Assembly (NCBI GenBank): GCA_965248265.1
Contig: CBDFJF010000002.1
Coordinates: 320,001-384,000 of the forward strand
DNA length: 64,000 nt
DNA from: Candidatus Latescibacterota bacterium
Lineage (GTDB): Bacteria > Latescibacterota > UBA2968 > UBA8231
Reading direction: 5' to 3'
Positions within the stretch are counted from its first letter, which is position 1; every line of letters starts with the position of its first letter. Positions 19,377-29,452 of the stretch are shown here, piece after piece. A program made the position numbers and the translations under genes. The notes under the pieces were generated by a model. It saw nothing but the letters and a program-made list of their open reading frames with translations, did not search any database and was not told the DNA's origin.

Positions 19377-19454
19377 GAAAAGGTTCGCCTATATGTTGGG
19401 GGTGCTGGCAGGAACTGTACTGCATGTAGACTGCGAGGGGGGAACTGCGGCGGG

Positions 19455-22190
19455 TCAGAACAGGGCGGAGTACTTGAAGGTCATGATATAGTCCTGGGTA
19501 CCCTTCTTCTTGGCGTTAGGTCGGGAATCATAGACGTCCCAACCAAAGCCGAAAAGGAAGCGGTCCTTGTAGAGCGACAGCGCCAGACCAACGGATATGG
19601 CGATCGAGTTTTCCGTTGACAGCGCCTCGAGGACATTGCCGATGGCGGTCAGGTGCACCCCCGAGACGGAGGGATTCTCGGAATTGTGATAACCTGCAAA
19701 GGCGATACCAGGCAGGCCGATGAGACGCTCCGTCTGACCTTCGACGCGATTTCCGTCGGCGTCGTTGTAGTCGCGTCCAGGCCTGATCGTCAGGAACGAT
19801 ACCAGCGGCTTGGCCTCGAATTCCCACTTCCAGCCGCCCGCCTCGAACACCTGGGATACCGATTGCGGCGATGCTCCCGGGTAGCTGCGGGTGGTGATCC
19901 TTACGCGAACTCTTTTGATGGAGGCTTCTTGCAGCCTCAGGTTGAGATTCTCGGCGTAGAGCGTGTCGCGTTCATCGTTGTAAATCTGCACGGTTGTCTG
20001 CTTGGCGCTGCCGATGGGATCGTACTTGTCATCCAACTGAACCCATTCGATGTCGAATTTTCGTCCGACCAGGGCGTTGGCAAGCGAATCCGAGACCTGG
20101 AAAGCGAGATCCAGCTTGGTGCCGTCATGGACAACGACCGGGGTACTGGTCCAGCGGACGGGAATCGCCGCGGATGTCTTTCGCGTCCCGATGACGGAGG
20201 TGATCGATGGCAGATCGATGCCTTCGAGAGCTCCCTTGCCCTGGATCTGAATCGGTTGGGCCTTGTCGCGCACGTCGTTGCTGACGAGCAGGATCCTGCC
20301 GAAACGGTCACCAAGCGCCTGTGGAGCGAAGGAGATATCGACCTTCATCGATTCTCCCGGTTGCAATGAAAATGAGGCGGGGTCTATACCGACCTCTTTG
20401 GTGTAGGGATTGCCCGTCACTTCCAGCGACGTATCACCCGTGTTGGTGGCGACGATGGTCCGTACCTGGCTTTCGCCGAGGACGACGTAGTCGAATTCGA
20501 TCGGACCGGAGGGGTGGAGTTCGATCTCCGCTGCCACGCCGGTGCCGCTGGCGAGCACATCCAGGCTCTCCAGTCCTTCATCCCAGTAGCCGTCGAGACG
20601 CAGAATGCCGGTGCTCAGTCCGCGAGCAGAAGGCGAGAAGGTGACCGATAAGGGCAATGCCCGCAGACTGTTGCCAGGCAAGAGGAACTCGTTCTGCGGT
20701 GTGACCGGACTGTAGACGGCGAAGTCCCGGTTGTTGGAAGTGACGTTGCTGACGGTGAAGTCGGCGTTGCCGATGTTGAACACCTCGAGGACAGTGCTGC
20801 GGGACTCGCCGACGGCCACGCGTTCGAAGTCCTTCGTCGACGGGCTCAGCTTCAGGTACTTTCCGCTGCCTACCAGCTGGTAGCTCTGGCGTCCCTTCTC
20901 GGTCTCCACCCACAGCTGCTCTTCGCGCAAGCCGATCTCTTTGGGAGAAAAGGTGAGGCCCACCTTGCCGCTGTCACCCGGCTGCAGCAGATACTGCGTC
21001 GTTTCCAGGTTGTACTCCGCGCCGCCGCCTTCGGCCCCCAGCGTCAACTGTACCGTGATCGGAGAACCTCCTCCATTCCACAAGAGGAGGTACTCTGTGA
21101 CCGTTTTGCCGATCGGCACATCGCCGAAGGGGATGGTGGAGTTGTTGAGAATCTGCACTCTGGGAGGGGAGACCCGGCCCTCTCCATGCAACGGAACCTC
21201 TACACGGGGACGATCGGGATCATTCGAATCGATGGTGAGAGAACCCGGTGCCGGGCCCTCGTAGGTCGGAGCGAAGTCCACGACGATGACGTGGCGATCG
21301 CCGGGCAGGATGACACGGGGAGTCTCCAGCGTCATCGTACTGAAGCCGCGGCCGCCTGCGGTGATGGCGGTAATCTGCAGGTCGGCGCGTCCCTGATTCA
21401 GGATGGTAACTTCGCGCGCCGATTGCAGTCCGATCTCGTGCAGGCCGAAGTTCAAACCGACTTCTGGTAACGGTGACACGCGGGCAAGTGGCGCCAAGCC
21501 GTCTCCGATCAAGACCAGCTGAGCCTGATCCGCAAGAACATCGCTCGAGACCACGATGAAGCGTCCATCGAAGCGTCCGCTCTTCGCGGGACGGAAGGAG
21601 ACGTCGAACGAGGCTTGCTCGGCGGGGGCGAGTTCCAGGGCGAGTGCGGTCGGCAGCATGAAGCCATTGCCGCGCACATAGACGCTGTCGATGTTGATGG
21701 GAACGTCGCCGCGATTTTTCAGTACGACGGTGCGAAGGACTTCACCGCCGGCGACGACTTCACCGAAGCGCAGTGATTCCGCCGGTCCAGGATCGATCTG
21801 AAGAGTTGGTAGTGACACGACCGCTGAGAGTTCAAGGGGCGCGAGTCGTTCACTGCCGAACAACCGGGATTCCTCGAACAGTATTTGCCCGTGGTGTGGA
21901 CCCGTTGTCGACGAGGTGAAGCTGATTCCAAAGGTTGCGCTTGATCCAGGCGCGACGCGCAGGGTATCCGGGTCGATGGCAAAGCCCTTGCCAGCCGCCA
22001 CGAGGCGGACGACGACCTCATCATCCTTGCCGTTGAGCAGCTGCGCTTTACCACGGATGAGTGCGCCCGGCTTTACGGGTCCGAAGGCGAGTGTGTCCGG
22101 CTGCACGGTGACGTCTTGTGCCGCTGCATCAGAGGGCGGGCCGAAACACAGTAGGAGGACGCAGATAGAGGCTGTGGCCGCAATTCGCAT
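19455..22190 (-). CDS. Secreted choice-of-anchor D (ASH/HYDIN-type Ig) repeat protein with C-terminal beta-strand region
   Basis: Signal peptide; about 6 repeats of FGxV...NxG...vxFxP...G...SND; ends YIMTFKYSALF. Confidence 0.8.
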   Translation of the reverse strand: MRIAATASICVLLLCFGPPSDAAAQDVTVQPDTLAFGPVKPGALIRGKAQLLNGKDDEVVVRLVAAGKGFAIDPDTLRVAPGSSATFGISFTSSTTGPHHGQILFEESRLFGSERLAPLELSAVVSLPTLQIDPGPAESLRFGEVVAGGEVLRTVVLKNRGDVPINIDSVYVRGNGFMLPTALALELAPAEQASFDVSFRPAKSGRFDGRFIVVSSDVLADQAQLVLIGDGLAPLARVSPLPEVGLNFGLHEIGLQSAREVTILNQGRADLQITAITAGGRGFSTMTLETPRVILPGDRHVIVVDFAPTYEGPAPGSLTIDSNDPDRPRVEVPLHGEGRVSPPRVQILNNSTIPFGDVPIGKTVTEYLLLWNGGGSPITVQLTLGAEGGGAEYNLETTQYLLQPGDSGKVGLTFSPKEIGLREEQLWVETEKGRQSYQLVGSGKYLKLSPSTKDFERVAVGESRSTVLEVFNIGNADFTVSNVTSNNRDFAVYSPVTPQNEFLLPGNSLRALPLSVTFSPSARGLSTGILRLDGYWDEGLESLDVLASGTGVAAEIELHPSGPIEFDYVVLGESQVRTIVATNTGDTSLEVTGNPYTKEVGIDPASFSLQPGESMKVDISFAPQALGDRFGRILLVSNDVRDKAQPIQIQGKGALEGIDLPSITSVIGTRKTSAAIPVRWTSTPVVVHDGTKLDLAFQVSDSLANALVGRKFDIEWVQLDDKYDPIGSAKQTTVQIYNDERDTLYAENLNLRLQEASIKRVRVRITTRSYPGASPQSVSQVFEAGGWKWEFEAKPLVSFLTIRPGRDYNDADGNRVEGQTERLIGLPGIAFAGYHNSENPSVSGVHLTAIGNVLEALSTENSIAISVGLALSLYKDRFLFGFGWDVYDSRPNAKKKGTQDYIMTFKYSALF

Positions 22191-22342
22191 GACGTACCAC
22201 GTGGGGTTTTGGTATACAAAAAGAAGAGCGACCAATCCACCAGAATGCCGTCAAGACTTTGTCGAAGTTCCACGTTCCTAAAGGAAGTGGAAAACTTCCT
22301 GAGAGGCAGTCCTCTGTGAATTCAGGTCACTCTTTGTCGTGC

Positions 22343-22371
22343 AACATAGAAGAATCGCACTGTGGTGTCAA
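22343..22371 (-). promoter_or_regulatory. Sigma70 promoter
   Basis: TTGACA-N17-TATGTT upstream of the Ig-repeat gene. Confidence 0.6.
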
Positions 22372-22383
22372 GGTGACTAACTG

Positions 22384-23550
22384 TCACTGAATAATGGATT
22401 TGAGTCCTTTGACGAGTCGATCGGCACCCTTTGCAACCGTGTGGGGTTCAAGGGCTCCGTAAGCGATTCTGATACGGCAATCCTCTTCCAACCCGAAGCC
22501 GGTTCCAGGCAGTACGGCAACCCCGAACTCTGTGATCAGACGCTCGACCACTCGCATCGATCCCAGGTCGCAATCCAAACGCGCCAGCAGGTAGAACGCG
22601 CCATTGGCTTCCGGTACGAAACAGCTGGATCCAAGTTCCTCCAGTCGTTCCAGACACATGCGTCGCACTTGGCTCAGAGTTTCGATTCGATCCTCGAGAT
22701 ACGCTGAGCCTGCCCTGAGCGCTCCAATGGCAGCGTACTGCGAGATCAGCGGTGGGCAGATCAGGATGGTGTCCTGACTCTTCTCGAAGGCGCGCAACAG
22801 GTGTCGTGGCCAGACCATGTAGCCGACGCGCCAGCTGGCCAGGGCAAAACTCTTCGAGAACGAAAACATCGACACCGTGTGCTGGCGGCTGTCGGTTGCG
22901 GAACCAGCGGAATAGTGACGCGCCCCCTCGTAGGTGAAGTATTCGTAGGCCTCGTCGCAGAAGTGGTACAGGCCGCGCTCGACACATAGTTGATTGACTG
23001 CTGCGATCGCTTCCGGTGCATAGACGACGCCGGCCGGGTTGTTGGGAGATACGGTCACGATGGCTCGGGTGCGCTCGCTGAGGCGATCCCGAATGGCGTC
23101 GAGCCGTAACTGGTAGTTGGAGTCTGTGGGTACGAGCACCGGCCGGCAGTTGGCCATGCACACGGCCATCTCGTGGTTGAAGAAATACGGCGACATCAAG
23201 ATGACCTCGTCACCCGGGTCGCAGACCGACATAATGGCATGGTAAAAGCCCAGGTTGCTGCCGGCGGTGACGACGAGCTCCTGGTCATCGTGCAGGACGA
23301 TGCTGTTCTCGCGCGCCAGCTTGTCCTTGAGCATGTCGCGCAACGCAGGCAGTCCCGTGGCCGATTGGTAGTGGTGTTGGCTGACTTCACTGCCAAACCG
23401 GGAGACTTCGTCGAAGACTTCCTGCGGCGGTTTGTAATGAACCACTCCCTGGCCGAGGGAGATGGTTCCGGGGTTGTCACGAATCAGAGCGGCAACGTCC
23501 GGGATGACGGGATTGCTCACCGCCAGCATGCGCTGGGATTGGTGGTTCAC
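22384..23550 (-). CDS. PLP-dependent aminotransferase class I/II
   Basis: SLGQG, SPNNPAG, DEAYE, SFSKSFALASWRVGY. Confidence 0.92.
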   Translation of the reverse strand: MNHQSQRMLAVSNPVIPDVAALIRDNPGTISLGQGVVHYKPPQEVFDEVSRFGSEVSQHHYQSATGLPALRDMLKDKLARENSIVLHDDQELVVTAGSNLGFYHAIMSVCDPGDEVILMSPYFFNHEMAVCMANCRPVLVPTDSNYQLRLDAIRDRLSERTRAIVTVSPNNPAGVVYAPEAIAAVNQLCVERGLYHFCDEAYEYFTYEGARHYSAGSATDSRQHTVSMFSFSKSFALASWRVGYMVWPRHLLRAFEKSQDTILICPPLISQYAAIGALRAGSAYLEDRIETLSQVRRMCLERLEELGSSCFVPEANGAFYLLARLDCDLGSMRVVERLITEFGVAVLPGTGFGLEEDCRIRIAYGALEPHTVAKGADRLVKGLKSIIQ

Positions 23551-23552
23551 GA

Positions 23553-23735
23553 CAAGTGTCCCGTCTCAAAGATATGTCGACATTCTTCCGCCGATCCATT
23601 CCTGCTCACGGCGTGGGACCGAACTCTTAGAGTTCGGCCTCGTCCCTGAGCGCCTTCGCTCGCCGTATCCCACTGATACGACTCGCTCAGGCGCCTTGTG
23701 AGCAGGGCGCCTCGGCGGCCGAAACGGGACACTAG
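23553..23735. mobile_element. MITE-like structured element
   Basis: Terminal inverted repeats AGTGTCCCGTCTC / GAAACGGGACACT (12/13 match) enclosing nested stems; fills the intergenic gap. Confidence 0.6.
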
Positions 23736-24655
23736 GCCTCCAGGGCGCGCTGCAGGCGCTCGACCAAGCGGTCGATCTGTTGCCGCGTGATCTCGTCGAG
23801 ATCGAAGCCGAGGGGGCCGCGATGGATCAGACGCGGGAACAGACCCTGTCTGTGCAGGAGGTACCGCTCAACCGTGATGAAGGCGTCGATGCCTCCCTGG
23901 AGCTGGAGATTGCCGAGGGCGCATATCGGTAGGTAGAGCGAGTAAGCTCGCTCTTCATCGCCTGCTTCAAGGGCAATCCACACGGCGATGATTCCCGGCA
24001 ACACCTCGACCCCGGGGATCGTGCCGTCAACCCCGCGCCGGTGCGAGTCGATGAGGAGAATGCCTCCGCTACCTTCGAATATCAGAGCCTTCTCGTCAGT
24101 CTGCGCCCGCAACGCCGATATGGTTGGACCCAGCGGCGTCGACTCGGGTTTGAACAGGATGCGCTCGCCGTAGCGGCGGAAGAGATCGACCTGAAAACCC
24201 ACCCCCATGGCCTTGCCCACGTAGGCGCTGGCATCCTGCACCATCAGTGGAAGGTCGACAGCCCGGAGCAGGGCTTCGAAGTAGCCGTGAAGCTCACCTT
24301 CGACGAGCGATCGGGTCAGAGGCGGGGTGGCCATGATCGCTGACGCACCAGCCTCAGCCGCCGCCACGGCATATTCGACGGCCTGCTGGGTGCTTTCAGC
24401 TCCCACACTGATCAGCACCGGTCCGCGGGCGGCAGCCATGCGCACGAGCTCGGCTGGCAGTGCCAGACGCTCTGCGGTGGTGAGTCGCAGCAGGTCGGAG
24501 GCGAGGGCCAGACAGATGCCGTCTGCCCCGGTGTCAAAGACGTAGTCGACCTCGCGTTCGAGGGTGTCGTAGTCAATGTCGAGTTGGGAAAGATGATAAG
24601 GCATGTGCACGACGGGCAGCACACCGGTGATGCCGTGGGGGAGGGCAGGACTCAC
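23732..24655 (-). CDS. Dihydrodipicolinate synthase family aldolase/lyase
   Basis: GVLPV..PY, IDY..L, MVQDA, LFKPES Schiff-base lysine. Confidence 0.85.
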   Translation of the reverse strand: MSPALPHGITGVLPVVHMPYHLSQLDIDYDTLEREVDYVFDTGADGICLALASDLLRLTTAERLALPAELVRMAAARGPVLISVGAESTQQAVEYAVAAAEAGASAIMATPPLTRSLVEGELHGYFEALLRAVDLPLMVQDASAYVGKAMGVGFQVDLFRRYGERILFKPESTPLGPTISALRAQTDEKALIFEGSGGILLIDSHRRGVDGTIPGVEVLPGIIAVWIALEAGDEERAYSLYLPICALGNLQLQGGIDAFITVERYLLHRQGLFPRLIHRGPLGFDLDEITRQQIDRLVERLQRALEA

Positions 24656-25500
24656 GTGGACCGTCGCATCCCGCGGCGAACGATATCGAGCAATACGACC
24701 TCCAGTTCGGGCGTCGCCGCACTCATGAAATGTCCGAACTTGCGTTGCCTGTCATAGGTCGGGGTGCGCCCTCCGTGGAGGAAACAACGGGCACCGGCTT
24801 CCTCGGCGATCAGGGCGGGCGGTCCGGCGTCGTAGACTTGGACCTGGCGCGTCAGGTAGGCGCACAACTCGCCCTCTGCTATCTGTGTCAACACCAACGC
24901 GGCGCCGATCGGGTACTCTCGAGGCTCGAGTTCGGGCGCGGCAAAGGGACGATAGGAACGAGCCTTGGTGGAGAAGTAGGCGCTCTTCGTGGTCGGCCGT
25001 GCCTTCAGCCGCAACCGTCGGCGTCGCTGGCGCCCGATCTGCAGGTAGGTTCCCTGTCCGAGCACGGCCGTGAAAACCTTGTCTTCACTAGGGCGGGCGA
25101 CGACGGCCGCCTCCATGAAGCCGTTGCGGGCAAGGCCGACGCTGACACAGTAAGGGGCATCGCCGCGCTGGAAGTGGTAGGTGCCGTCGATCGGATCGAG
25201 AATCAGCGCATATTCGGAGTCGTTGCCCGAAAACCTGCGGCGCAACGGGGTATCTTCCTCGGCAATGCAACGCACGAAGGGAAAGTGCTGCAGTACGGTG
25301 GAGAGGATGATGTCCTGCAGCGCGGTATCGAGAACGGTCAGTGCGCTGGATGCCTGTCGCGCTTCCTCGCTATGCAGGGTCGCATCGGTGGATTTGCCGA
25401 TGTTGGATACCTTGCCGAAAAAGATCAGCGAGGTCTCAGCACACTGGCGCACGACGGGAAGCAACACGTCGACGAATTCATGCGGATCGATGCTCTTCAG
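24652..25500 (-). CDS. Inositol monophosphatase family protein
   Basis: IAEE, ILDPIDGT, YDAGP; probable CTG start at 25500 (track start 25467). Confidence 0.85.
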   Translation of the reverse strand: MKSIDPHEFVDVLLPVVRQCAETSLIFFGKVSNIGKSTDATLHSEEARQASSALTVLDTALQDIILSTVLQHFPFVRCIAEEDTPLRRRFSGNDSEYALILDPIDGTYHFQRGDAPYCVSVGLARNGFMEAAVVARPSEDKVFTAVLGQGTYLQIGRQRRRRLRLKARPTTKSAYFSTKARSYRPFAAPELEPREYPIGAALVLTQIAEGELCAYLTRQVQVYDAGPPALIAEEAGARCFLHGGRTPTYDRQRKFGHFMSAATPELEVVLLDIVRRGMRRST

Positions 25501-25505
25501 CGTGC

Positions 25506-27818
25506 TCAGCCTGCAGCGTCCTGGTAACCGGTTTGAGCTTTCTGCAGCCCCGCGACGATGAGATCCGGCGTGATCGGCGTCTCCGTGAAGCGCACGCCAA
25601 TGGCGTCATATAGCGCATTCGAGATGGCGGCCAGCGGCGGCACGATGGGCACCTCACCGACTCCGCGGATGCCGTGCGGGCTTCCCGGGTTAGCGACTTC
25701 TACCAGCACCACGTCGATCATGGGAAGATCCAAACTCGTCGGCATGCGGTAGTCGAGAAAGGTCGGGTTGGCCATGGAGCCGTCGTCCTTGTAGAAGTAG
25801 CCCTCCGTCAATGCCCAACCGATGCCTTGAACGACGCCGCCCTGGATCTGCCCTTCTACGTAGCTGGGGTGGATGGCCTTGCCGCAATCCTGCACCGCCG
25901 TGTAGCGGAGGATTTGCACCTTACCGGTCTCGGGATCGACTTCGAGGTCGACGATATGGGCGGCGAAGGTGTTGCCGGCGCCTGATGAGTTTACCGTGCC
26001 GCAGCCCTCGATCGGTCCGCCCGTGCTACCCTGTTCGGCGGCGACCTGCTTGAATGTCAGCGATTTGTCCGGAGCAGACGAGCAGGCGAAATGGCCATCG
26101 CGCCAGGTCACGTCGGCCTCTTCGACCTCGAGCTGTTTAGCGGCACGAAGCCGCATCCTTTCCAGGACGTCCACGGCTGCCTGGTAGCAGGCCTCACCGG
26201 TGGCGTAGGTAACCCGACTGCCTCCCGTGCCGTCGGTAAAGCCAATGGAATCCGTGTCGACGACCATCGGTGTTACGTCCTCGGCTGACAGGCCCAGGGT
26301 TTCGGCGACGATCATGGCCATGGAGGCGCGGGAGCCGCCGATATCGGCAGATCCTTCCATCAAGCTGACCGTGCCGTCTGCCCTGACTGTGAGTGTGGCA
26401 GCCGACTGCCCTCCACCGTTCATCCAGAATCCGGCGGCGACACCGCGACCCTGTAATGGGACGCTGGCGTCACTGCTGCGGTAGTGATCGGAAGAAGAAG
26501 CCGCATCCAAGGTTTCCTCGAAGCCGATTTTCTTGAACACCTGGCCGTCCGCCCGCCGGGTGCCCTCACGGCCGGCGTTCTGCCGACGCAGCGCCAGGGG
26601 GTCCATGCCGAGTTCGCGCGCGAGTTCGTCTATGGCGCACTCAGAAGCGAAAGCCGCATTCGGGGCCCCTGGTGCCCTGTAGGCGGTGGATTTCGGTTTG
26701 TTTACCACCACATCATAGGCGTCGATGGTCACGTTCGGGATGTCGTAGGGAGCGAGCATGCACATGGCACCGGCGCCGACCGCGGACCCGGGGAAAGCAC
26801 CGGCTTCGTAGGCCAGCATGGCGTGGGCGGCGACGATGGTGCCGTCGCGCTTGGCTCCCATCTTGACGGTCATGTAGGAGCCGGGGCCAGGGCCCGATCC
26901 CTCGAACACTTCAGTGCGGCTCATCACCATCTTCACGGGATGTCCGGTTTTGTGCGACAATACAGCCGCCGCGGGTTCGAGGTAAATGGCAAACTTGCCG
27001 CCGAACCCACCGCCAATCTCGCAAGGGATGACCTTGATCTTGCTAACCGGTACGCGCAACACTTCGCTGAGTTGATCGCGAATCTGAAACGGTCCCTGAG
27101 TGCTCACCCAGACAATGACACTGCCGTCCGCCCGCCAGTGCACGGTCGTGTTGTGTGGTTCGATGTAGCCCTGGTGCACGGTCGCGGTGTGGAATTCGCG
27201 CTCGACGATGATGTCTGCCTCGGCGAAACCCTTCTCCGAATCACCGAGCTCGTTGCGATTGTGGCTGGCGATATTGCTGTGTTTGCCGGTGTCTTCACCG
27301 AGTGCCTTGGTCGTCCGTGTTTCACTGAGTAGCGGCGCTGTGTCCTTCATGGCTTCGCGCACATCGGTGACCGAGGGTAGTGGCTCATACTTTACTTCGA
27401 TCAGGCTCAGGGCTTCCTCAGCGATGTGCGGATTGATCGCCGCGACCGCCGCGACCGCATGGCCCCTGTAGAGGACCTTTTCGGAAGCCAGTGAGTTCTG
27501 GGCCACCTCCCGCAGGTTGACGATGGTCTCGCCGAGACCGGCCATTTTGTCGACGGCCTCCACCAGGTCGTCGGCGGTGGCGACCGCGCGAACACCTTTC
27601 AGCTTCAGGGCGCCGCTGGCATCTATGGAAATGATGCGGGCATGCGCATGGGGGCTGCGCAGCACCTTACCATGCAGCAGGTCCGGCAGGCGAACATCGC
27701 CGCCGTAGATGGCACGGCCGGTCACTTTGTCCAGACCGTCATGGCGTACTGGCCTTGTTCCGATGACGTTGTATTTACCGTTGCTCGTGTAGTCGGGGTA
27801 CTCGAATTTCGGTGACAT
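25506..27818 (-). CDS. Xanthine dehydrogenase family molybdopterin-binding subunit
   Basis: KVTGRAIY, RSPHAHARI, GGGFGGK, AYRAPG, EGQIQGG, RGVGE. Confidence 0.93.
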   Translation of the reverse strand: MSPKFEYPDYTSNGKYNVIGTRPVRHDGLDKVTGRAIYGGDVRLPDLLHGKVLRSPHAHARIISIDASGALKLKGVRAVATADDLVEAVDKMAGLGETIVNLREVAQNSLASEKVLYRGHAVAAVAAINPHIAEEALSLIEVKYEPLPSVTDVREAMKDTAPLLSETRTTKALGEDTGKHSNIASHNRNELGDSEKGFAEADIIVEREFHTATVHQGYIEPHNTTVHWRADGSVIVWVSTQGPFQIRDQLSEVLRVPVSKIKVIPCEIGGGFGGKFAIYLEPAAAVLSHKTGHPVKMVMSRTEVFEGSGPGPGSYMTVKMGAKRDGTIVAAHAMLAYEAGAFPGSAVGAGAMCMLAPYDIPNVTIDAYDVVVNKPKSTAYRAPGAPNAAFASECAIDELARELGMDPLALRRQNAGREGTRRADGQVFKKIGFEETLDAASSSDHYRSSDASVPLQGRGVAAGFWMNGGGQSAATLTVRADGTVSLMEGSADIGGSRASMAMIVAETLGLSAEDVTPMVVDTDSIGFTDGTGGSRVTYATGEACYQAAVDVLERMRLRAAKQLEVEEADVTWRDGHFACSSAPDKSLTFKQVAAEQGSTGGPIEGCGTVNSSGAGNTFAAHIVDLEVDPETGKVQILRYTAVQDCGKAIHPSYVEGQIQGGVVQGIGWALTEGYFYKDDGSMANPTFLDYRMPTSLDLPMIDVVLVEVANPGSPHGIRGVGEVPIVPPLAAISNALYDAIGVRFTETPITPDLIVAGLQKAQTGYQDAAG

Positions 27819-27975
27819 TTCACATTCCTGTGGAAGGTTTTGACAATCAGATCATCCAGATATACATCACTCTGCCATACCGAGACGCAGTCAATCAAGT
27901 TACGGAGAAGATGAAGGTATCCGGCGCACGGTCAAGGGACGCGCCCAAGGGCGCGTCAGTGATGGACAACCGGCC

Positions 27976-28821
27976 ATGACGGTCTGGGACACTCCCCTGG
28001 ATGACCCTCGCCTGGACGCCGCTGAGGTGCATGTTTGGCGGGCTTGTCTCGACCAGGTCCCAGATCAGGTTGCGGCCTTCAACCAAACTCTTTCAGCGGA
28101 TGAACGCGCCCGTGCTGCTCGCCTGCGCACGGAAGAGCAGCAACGCCGATTGATTACTGCGCGTGGAACACTGCGGGCGTTGGTGGGCGGGTACCTGTCC
28201 TGCGATCCCGAGCTGGTCCAACTCCTAACGGACGAGCGCGGCAAACCCTGCCTGGCGGACGAAGCCCTGGCCTTCAATCTGTCACACGCAGGATCCATGG
28301 GACTTTTCGCCTTTGCCCTACAGAGAAGGATCGGCATCGATGTGGAAAGTACCTCCCGCAGGGTTGCGGCCGACCGAATCGCCGTACGCTTTCTCGCCGA
28401 GTCCGAGGCGTCGCGGCTGGGCTCTCTGCCGGAACAGGTTCGTCACCATGCCTTCCTGCGCTGTTGGACGCACAAGGAAGCCTACTTGAAAGCCACCGGC
28501 GAGGGCATTTCCGCGGGTTCGTTGAGTCGCTTCGAGGTGTCGGTGGATCCGCGGTTGCCGGCTCGTCTCGAGCGGGTTGATGGCGCTGCGGAAGAGGCCG
28601 GGCGCTGGCGCCTGGAGGACCTGCCGCTGGAGAGCGGTGATTTCGTCGGGGCTGTCTGTGTCGAAGGCCAGGATTGGCGCCTGCGTTGCCTGGAGTTCGC
28701 GCCTAAGCCAGGATCTGCGAGCGGACGCCGCGCATGTCCATCTCGAATTCGATATCCAGGACCGGAGGATGCGCCTTGTGATAGTGCAGTCCGTGACGGC
28801 GGGCCGGTCCGAGACGATTGA
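27976..28821 (+). CDS. Sfp-type 4'-phosphopantetheinyl transferase
   Basis: GKP, FNLSH, IGIDVE, WTHKEAYLKATGEG; tail overlaps convergent gene. Confidence 0.92.
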   Translation: MTVWDTPLDDPRLDAAEVHVWRACLDQVPDQVAAFNQTLSADERARAARLRTEEQQRRLITARGTLRALVGGYLSCDPELVQLLTDERGKPCLADEALAFNLSHAGSMGLFAFALQRRIGIDVESTSRRVAADRIAVRFLAESEASRLGSLPEQVRHHAFLRCWTHKEAYLKATGEGISAGSLSRFEVSVDPRLPARLERVDGAAEEAGRWRLEDLPLESGDFVGAVCVEGQDWRLRCLEFAPKPGSASGRRACPSRIRYPGPEDAPCDSAVRDGGPVRDD

Positions 28822-29452
28822 GAATTGTGTCCTCCACCAGCCCTTCCAGGGTGTGGACGGTGTAGACGTCGATGGCGTTGACGAGGTCCCAGCGAGCCCC
28901 CAGGCCGTCCAAACGCTGTTCCATCACCCCCATCACGTAGCTGGCCTTTTCGCGCATGGCTTCCGGATCGGTTTCTGCCAAACGGACGATGCTCTGCGAC
29001 TCGAGGATGCCATCCCGCACCTCGCCCGCGCCGGCGATGACGAAGCTCGGCTGCACGGCGTCCCCGGTACCGATGGCGTATGAAAAGGCGAACAACTCCA
29101 CCTGGGTACGGGATTCATTCGCCGGCGCCACGTTGGTGCGCGCGACCGGGTTGAGGTCACCGAGAAACAGGCCCCAGTCTCGAAGCACCGAGCAGTAGTC
29201 ATCGTTGAAGGCCGCGAAGCCGGTAAAGGATGAGGGTGCGGGTGATCGCAATTCGGCGGCGCAGAAAGCAGCGCGCGCGAGACCCTGTTGACTGAGGTAG
29301 TCATCGATGAACTCGAATCCCTGACGCCAGGGCAGCGAACGCCGCAGGGTTACACGGATGATCTCGTATTTGGGGTCAGCGATGACACCGCACGAATACG
29401 GCCCGATGCCCTTAAGAAAATGGTAGTGTCCCTGCGGATTGCTGATCAGCAC
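28703..29452 (-). CDS. CnbZ-like (2-amino-5-chloromuconate deaminase-like) protein
   Basis: GHYHFLKGIGPYSCGV, CAAELRSPAP, NPVARTNVAP, PPVLDIEFEMDMRG; GTG start overlaps upstream stop. Confidence 0.72.
   Translation of the reverse strand: MLISNPQGHYHFLKGIGPYSCGVIADPKYEIIRVTLRRSLPWRQGFEFIDDYLSQQGLARAAFCAAELRSPAPSSFTGFAAFNDDYCSVLRDWGLFLGDLNPVARTNVAPANESRTQVELFAFSYAIGTGDAVQPSFVIAGAGEVRDGILESQSIVRLAETDPEAMREKASYVMGVMEQRLDGLGARWDLVNAIDVYTVHTLEGLVEDTILNRLGPARRHGLHYHKAHPPVLDIEFEMDMRGVRSQILA

Noticed and set aside
25506-27818. Aerobic CO dehydrogenase CoxL
   Set aside because: Active-site loop is AYRAPG, not AYxCSFR; coxMS absent
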